Shown piece after piece: positions 60,216 through 64,000 of a stretch of 64,000 nt of DNA. A program made the translations under genes and the position numbers. The first letter of the stretch is position 1, and each line of letters opens with the position of its first letter. A model generated the notes under the pieces. That model saw nothing but the letters and a program-made list of their open reading frames with translations, made no database searches and was not told the origin of the DNA. Source of the DNA: Phycisphaerae bacterium (GTDB taxonomy: Bacteria > Planctomycetota > Phycisphaerae > UBA1845); NCBI GenBank assembly GCA_963666835.2, contig CAXXGO010000006.1:480001-544000 (forward strand), read 5' to 3'.

Positions 60216-62087
60216 ATGAAACGTTGGGCGAGTGTAATGCTGTTGGGGTTGGTGATGGTCGTTCCGGCTATCGCCGCTGACAAGCCGGCGGCTACGGAAG
60301 AGGACGCCGAGAAGACGGTAGAGAATCCTATTCTCCGGCTGGCGGAGTTGCGGCTGGACGAATACGTCGTACCCGCGCGGATGGTGAACTTGCCGTTGCC
60401 GGGTAGGACGCGGACGCTGCAGGACGTTCTCGACCGGTTCGAAGAGTGGGCCGAGGACGATAAGATCGGCGCGATCTTGCTGGATGTCGGGTCGCTGTCG
60501 TTGCCGCTGCCGGATGTGGAAGAACTCCGCACCGGTATTATGAAGCTTCGCGAGGCGGACAAACACGTCTTGGCCTATCTCAATTCGAGCAGCCCCGGCG
60601 GCTATCTGCTGGCTTGCGCGGCGGATGAGGTGGCGATGGGTCCGACCGGCGGCCTGATGATCCCGGGGCTCGGCGGCGTAGTGCCGTTCATGAAGGGCTA
60701 TTACCAGATGCGCGGGATCGAGTACGAAGTGATCACCGCCGGGAAATACAAATACGGCGGAATGGTAAACAACCGCCAGCCCAACGAGTACTTCCTCGAA
60801 GAATACAATGCCATCTTCGACAGCATGTTCGGCGACTACAAACGAATGATCGCCGAAGGACGGGACCTTACCGAGGAAGCCGTTGAAGATGCCATTGATA
60901 TGGCCCTGTTCGACGCCGATCAGGCGCTGCAGCACGGGCTGGTCGATACCTTGGCCTATTACGACGAGTACCGCGATCGGGTCCTGCGCCGCGAGAAGAT
61001 GAAGCGGATGCGCGGGGATGACGACGACCTGGCCAACGTGAACTCGATCCAGGACTTGATGGAGTTGGTCAACGATGCGATGCAGGAAGCCGCCGAGGCC
61101 CAGAAGGCGGTCGGGCCGAAGATCGCGGTGCTCCACGCCCGCGGGCCGATCATCGACGTGAATCTGGGGTCCGCCTACGCCTCCACGCTGATTTGCCGGG
61201 ACGATTTCGGTAAGGTGGTCGACGAGCTGCGCAAGAACAAGTCGATCAAGGCCGTGGTAATGCGGATCGATTCGCCCGGCGGTTCCGGCTATGCCTCCGA
61301 CGTGATCTGGCGCAAACTGCGTCAGCTTGACGAGGAGAAGCCGTTGGTGGTCAGTCAGGGGCAGGTGGCCGCGTCCGGCGGTTACTATCTGTCTTGCCCG
61401 GCGCGGCGCATCTTTGCTCAACCGACGACCATTACCGGCTCCATCGGGGTCATCGGAATGGTCCAGTGTGCGTGGTCGCTCTACAACCGCATGGACGTCG
61501 AGATGGCCGAAGTGGCCCGCGGCGAGCGGGCCCTGTTCGGCAGACCTCACCGCGAGCTGTCCAAAACGGACCGGGAGTTCCTTCAGAAGTATATGGACAA
61601 CTTCTACGATGTGTTCGTGGGCCGCGTAGCTGCAACCCGCAAGATGCCCGCCGACGAAGTACGCAAGATCGCCGGGGGGCGGATCTGGAGCGGGCGCGAT
61701 GCGCTGGAGATCGGCTTGGTAGATGAGCTGGGCGGCCTGGCGGAAGCGATTGAGTCGGCTCGGAGCCTGGCCAACATCCCGCCGAGCGCCGAGTTGAAGA
61801 TCGTGCACTACCCGCGGGCGGGTAGCCTGGGCGAGTTGCTCGCGGGCTTTACGTCGGTCGGCGTCTCTCAGGTGATGGAGTCGTTCTCGAACGGCATTAA
61901 TGCGGCTGAGCCGGTTTCGTTTGAGCGGCAGCTCCAGTTCTTCTCGCAGCGGCTGATGCCGTTGTGCTGGCTGCCGATGCCGGGTCTGGTGAACAACCCG
62001 CAGCCGGCGCTGGGCATGCAGATGCTCCAGCCGTCCGGGGCGGTTCCGGCGGCCGATTTTGGCATGCTGCCGGGAATGAGCCGGTAG
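60216..62087 (+). CDS. sppA: Signal peptide peptidase SppA, 67K type
   Basis: Two S49 halves; AGKYK; RIDSPGGS, AASGGYY, TITGSIGV, GRIWSGRDALEIGLVDELG. Confidence 0.95.
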   Translation: MKRWASVMLLGLVMVVPAIAADKPAATEEDAEKTVENPILRLAELRLDEYVVPARMVNLPLPGRTRTLQDVLDRFEEWAEDDKIGAILLDVGSLSLPLPDVEELRTGIMKLREADKHVLAYLNSSSPGGYLLACAADEVAMGPTGGLMIPGLGGVVPFMKGYYQMRGIEYEVITAGKYKYGGMVNNRQPNEYFLEEYNAIFDSMFGDYKRMIAEGRDLTEEAVEDAIDMALFDADQALQHGLVDTLAYYDEYRDRVLRREKMKRMRGDDDDLANVNSIQDLMELVNDAMQEAAEAQKAVGPKIAVLHARGPIIDVNLGSAYASTLICRDDFGKVVDELRKNKSIKAVVMRIDSPGGSGYASDVIWRKLRQLDEEKPLVVSQGQVAASGGYYLSCPARRIFAQPTTITGSIGVIGMVQCAWSLYNRMDVEMAEVARGERALFGRPHRELSKTDREFLQKYMDNFYDVFVGRVAATRKMPADEVRKIAGGRIWSGRDALEIGLVDELGGLAEAIESARSLANIPPSAELKIVHYPRAGSLGELLAGFTSVGVSQVMESFSNGINAAEPVSFERQLQFFSQRLMPLCWLPMPGLVNNPQPALGMQMLQPSGAVPAADFGMLPGMSR

Positions 62088-62119
62088 ACCTGCGGCGCCA
62101 GAAATGTCTCGAACAATCG

Positions 62120-62154
62120 AGGGCGAGCCCGAAACCCGGGCTCGCCCTTTTCTT
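62120..62154 (+). terminator. Intrinsic terminator after sppA
   Basis: AGGGCGAGCCCG-AAACC-CGGGCTCGCCCT followed by TTTCTT. Confidence 0.85.
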
Positions 62155-62466
62155 ATGCGGCATGCACGGCCTCAGGGGCCGCAACCGGTTCACGCGGGGT
62201 CCGCGGGATACGCCGTGCGAGGCGCGGAAAGACCCGAGAGCTGATCTGTTGACGTTATAGGACGTTGACACCCCCGTTGTCCGGGGTGATGGCACCTACG
62301 TCTGGTTGCACCAAAGCGCGTTTCGCCTGCCCGATACTACTTATTATGGGCCGGTCTGAAGTGGCGTTGCTTTCCGGTCGACAAGCTATCGGAGCTTCTT
62401 CCTTGGGCGCGCAGTCCCCGCCCGCACCCGGCGTGCGGACGGGCGAGGCGGGCTCAGAGACGCCGT

Positions 62467-63822
62467 ATGTGGCCATTCAGGACCATTCTGTACTTCCTGT
62501 GCTTCTGGCTCGGGTGTTTCGCCGCCCTGGTGAATCCGATCTGGGGGGTCGTCAATTATGTGATGGCCTACCAGATGAACCCACCGATTACCTGGTGGGG
62601 CACTCCGCTGGTGAACATCGGGATGCGGTTCTCGATGCTCGCGATCGGGTTCACGCTTCTGGGGCTCATCACCGGTCGGCGGCACGTGCCCGACGCCAGG
62701 CCGCGGGGGAGCATGTGGGAACTCGGCGTGTTGGGCCTGATCGCCATCGCGGTCCTGGCTATCCCCCTGGGAATCGGGTACTCCGGGACCGCCCAATACG
62801 CCTTCGAGAAGTTCTGGAAGCTGCAGGTGTTTGTGCTGATTCTCGTGCGGCTGGTGACCACCCGGCGTAATCTGAAGCTGCTGATCTGGGCGATTGTCGG
62901 GGGCAGCTTCTATCTCGGTTATGACGCGTTCACGGCACCGTACCGTTCGTTCCTGCTCGGCCGCCTGGAAGCGTTCGGCGGTCCGGACATCTCCACGTCG
63001 TCCGGAGCCTCCGCGCATCTCGTCGCTATGCTCCCGATCATCGGGATCGCCTTTTTGATTTCCAAGCAGTGGAAATGGAAGATCGCCGCGGCGATTACCG
63101 GTGGGTTCACCTTCAATGCCGTCGTGCTGTGCCGGACCCGCTCGGCATTCGTCGGGCTCCTTTGCGGTCTTATCGCGGCGGTGTTGATGGCCCCGCGAAC
63201 GCGTCGATACCGGATCTACTCGCTGCTGGCAGTGGGCTCGGTGGTCGCCTTTTCGCTGACCGACTCCAACTTCCGCGAACGAATGAACACATTGACCACG
63301 CGCGAAACCCTCGACAAGGACGAGGCGGTGGTCGCCCGCGTGGACATTGTCCGGGCGGCTACGGAAATGCTCAGCGACCACCCGATGGGCGTGGGTCTGG
63401 GCAACTTCTCGCGAATCATCGGCCAGTACGACTCCCGGCATCGCAACCGGTCCCCCCACAACACTTTGGTAATGGCGTTCTGTGAGCTCGGTATTCTCGG
63501 CGGGCTTCTGTTCATGGCCATCTGCGCGGAGTCCGTTCGGCTCATATACAAATGCTCCCGGCTGGCCAACCAGACCGGCGCTCCGCTTGAAACGAAGCTA
63601 ATCGCCTACGGCCTGCTCGTTTCCGTGGTCAGCTATCTGGTCGCCGGGTTGGGTACCGAGCGTTTCTCGTGCGAGTCGTTCTGGTGGGTGCTGGCGCTAC
63701 CTTTGTGTCTGTATCGCATCGTCTATCAGGAGATCCACGTACCGGTATCGGAGCCGGTTCCGGCGCTGCAGCCGGCACTGGCGGAGCACGTCCCCGCTTG
63801 GCGGAGCCCGCAGTATGGATGA
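62467..63822 (+). CDS. O-antigen ligase/Wzy-like O-glycosylation ligase
   Basis: Multiple TM helices; TRSAFVGL; DHPMGVGLGNF; PHNTLVMAFCELGILG. Confidence 0.88.
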   Translation: MWPFRTILYFLCFWLGCFAALVNPIWGVVNYVMAYQMNPPITWWGTPLVNIGMRFSMLAIGFTLLGLITGRRHVPDARPRGSMWELGVLGLIAIAVLAIPLGIGYSGTAQYAFEKFWKLQVFVLILVRLVTTRRNLKLLIWAIVGGSFYLGYDAFTAPYRSFLLGRLEAFGGPDISTSSGASAHLVAMLPIIGIAFLISKQWKWKIAAAITGGFTFNAVVLCRTRSAFVGLLCGLIAAVLMAPRTRRYRIYSLLAVGSVVAFSLTDSNFRERMNTLTTRETLDKDEAVVARVDIVRAATEMLSDHPMGVGLGNFSRIIGQYDSRHRNRSPHNTLVMAFCELGILGGLLFMAICAESVRLIYKCSRLANQTGAPLETKLIAYGLLVSVVSYLVAGLGTERFSCESFWWVLALPLCLYRIVYQEIHVPVSEPVPALQPALAEHVPAWRSPQYG

Positions 63823-64000
63823 TAACCGGCCGGGCTTGGTAGCGCACGTGCTCGAGTCGCTTGAAGGCGGCGGAACGGAGCGGACCCTCACGGCTCTGCT
63901 GGCCGCGTTCGATCCACGCAGGCTGCGCCACGAGATCGTAACCCTGCGGAAAGCGGGCCGGCTCGCCGAGCGTTTGCCGGATCACGCGGCTTGCCGACCG
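63815..64000 (+). CDS. Glycosyltransferase family 4, N-terminal fragment cut by the window edge
   Basis: Translated by hand: MDDNRPGLVAHVLESLEGGGTERTL...FDPRRLRHEIVTL; overlaps the ligase stop. Confidence 0.8.
   Translation, partial: MDDNRPGLVAHVLESLEGGGTERTLTALLAAFDPRRLRHEIVTLRKAGRLAERLPDHAACRP

Overview
High-GC bacterial chromosomal window. It is most likely a Planctomycetota (Phycisphaerae-like) genome; this is inferred from a DUF1559/H-X9-DG prepilin-like gene, an IPTL-CTERM-like tail, and DCNxNGxPDxC repeat and dockerin-like surface proteins. Housekeeping genes include ribBA, pgsA, rpsB-tsf, glyA, hppA, pip, groES-groEL, prpD, sppA and lemA. They are interleaved with large secreted or surface proteins, a c-di-GMP signalling locus, an RND-TylF operon and the start of a polysaccharide locus. 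No CRISPR array, tRNA, rRNA, reverse transcriptase or intact transposase was found. The most striking signal is non-coding: about ten intergenic blocks (roughly 4.5 kb in total) are mosaics of at least seven REP/REPIN-like palindromic modules. These are joined in different orders at recurring junctions, are strongly strand-biased and are sometimes tandemly amplified. One pair forms a ~175-bp inverted repeat around a 3.9-kb segment. Other items worth checking: an in-frame TGA in an otherwise intact 1222-codon subtilase; a G7 tract where a +1 shift would fuse HDOD to a REC-GGDEF-REC-GAF-HD-GYP protein; a 1544-aa lipoprotein of 13 Ig-like repeats capped by a domain resembling phage head-region proteins; a probable 6S RNA upstream of rpsB; and a sigma54-type promoter plus pseudo-receiver gene ahead of groESL. 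All calls come from reading motifs by eye; no searches were run.
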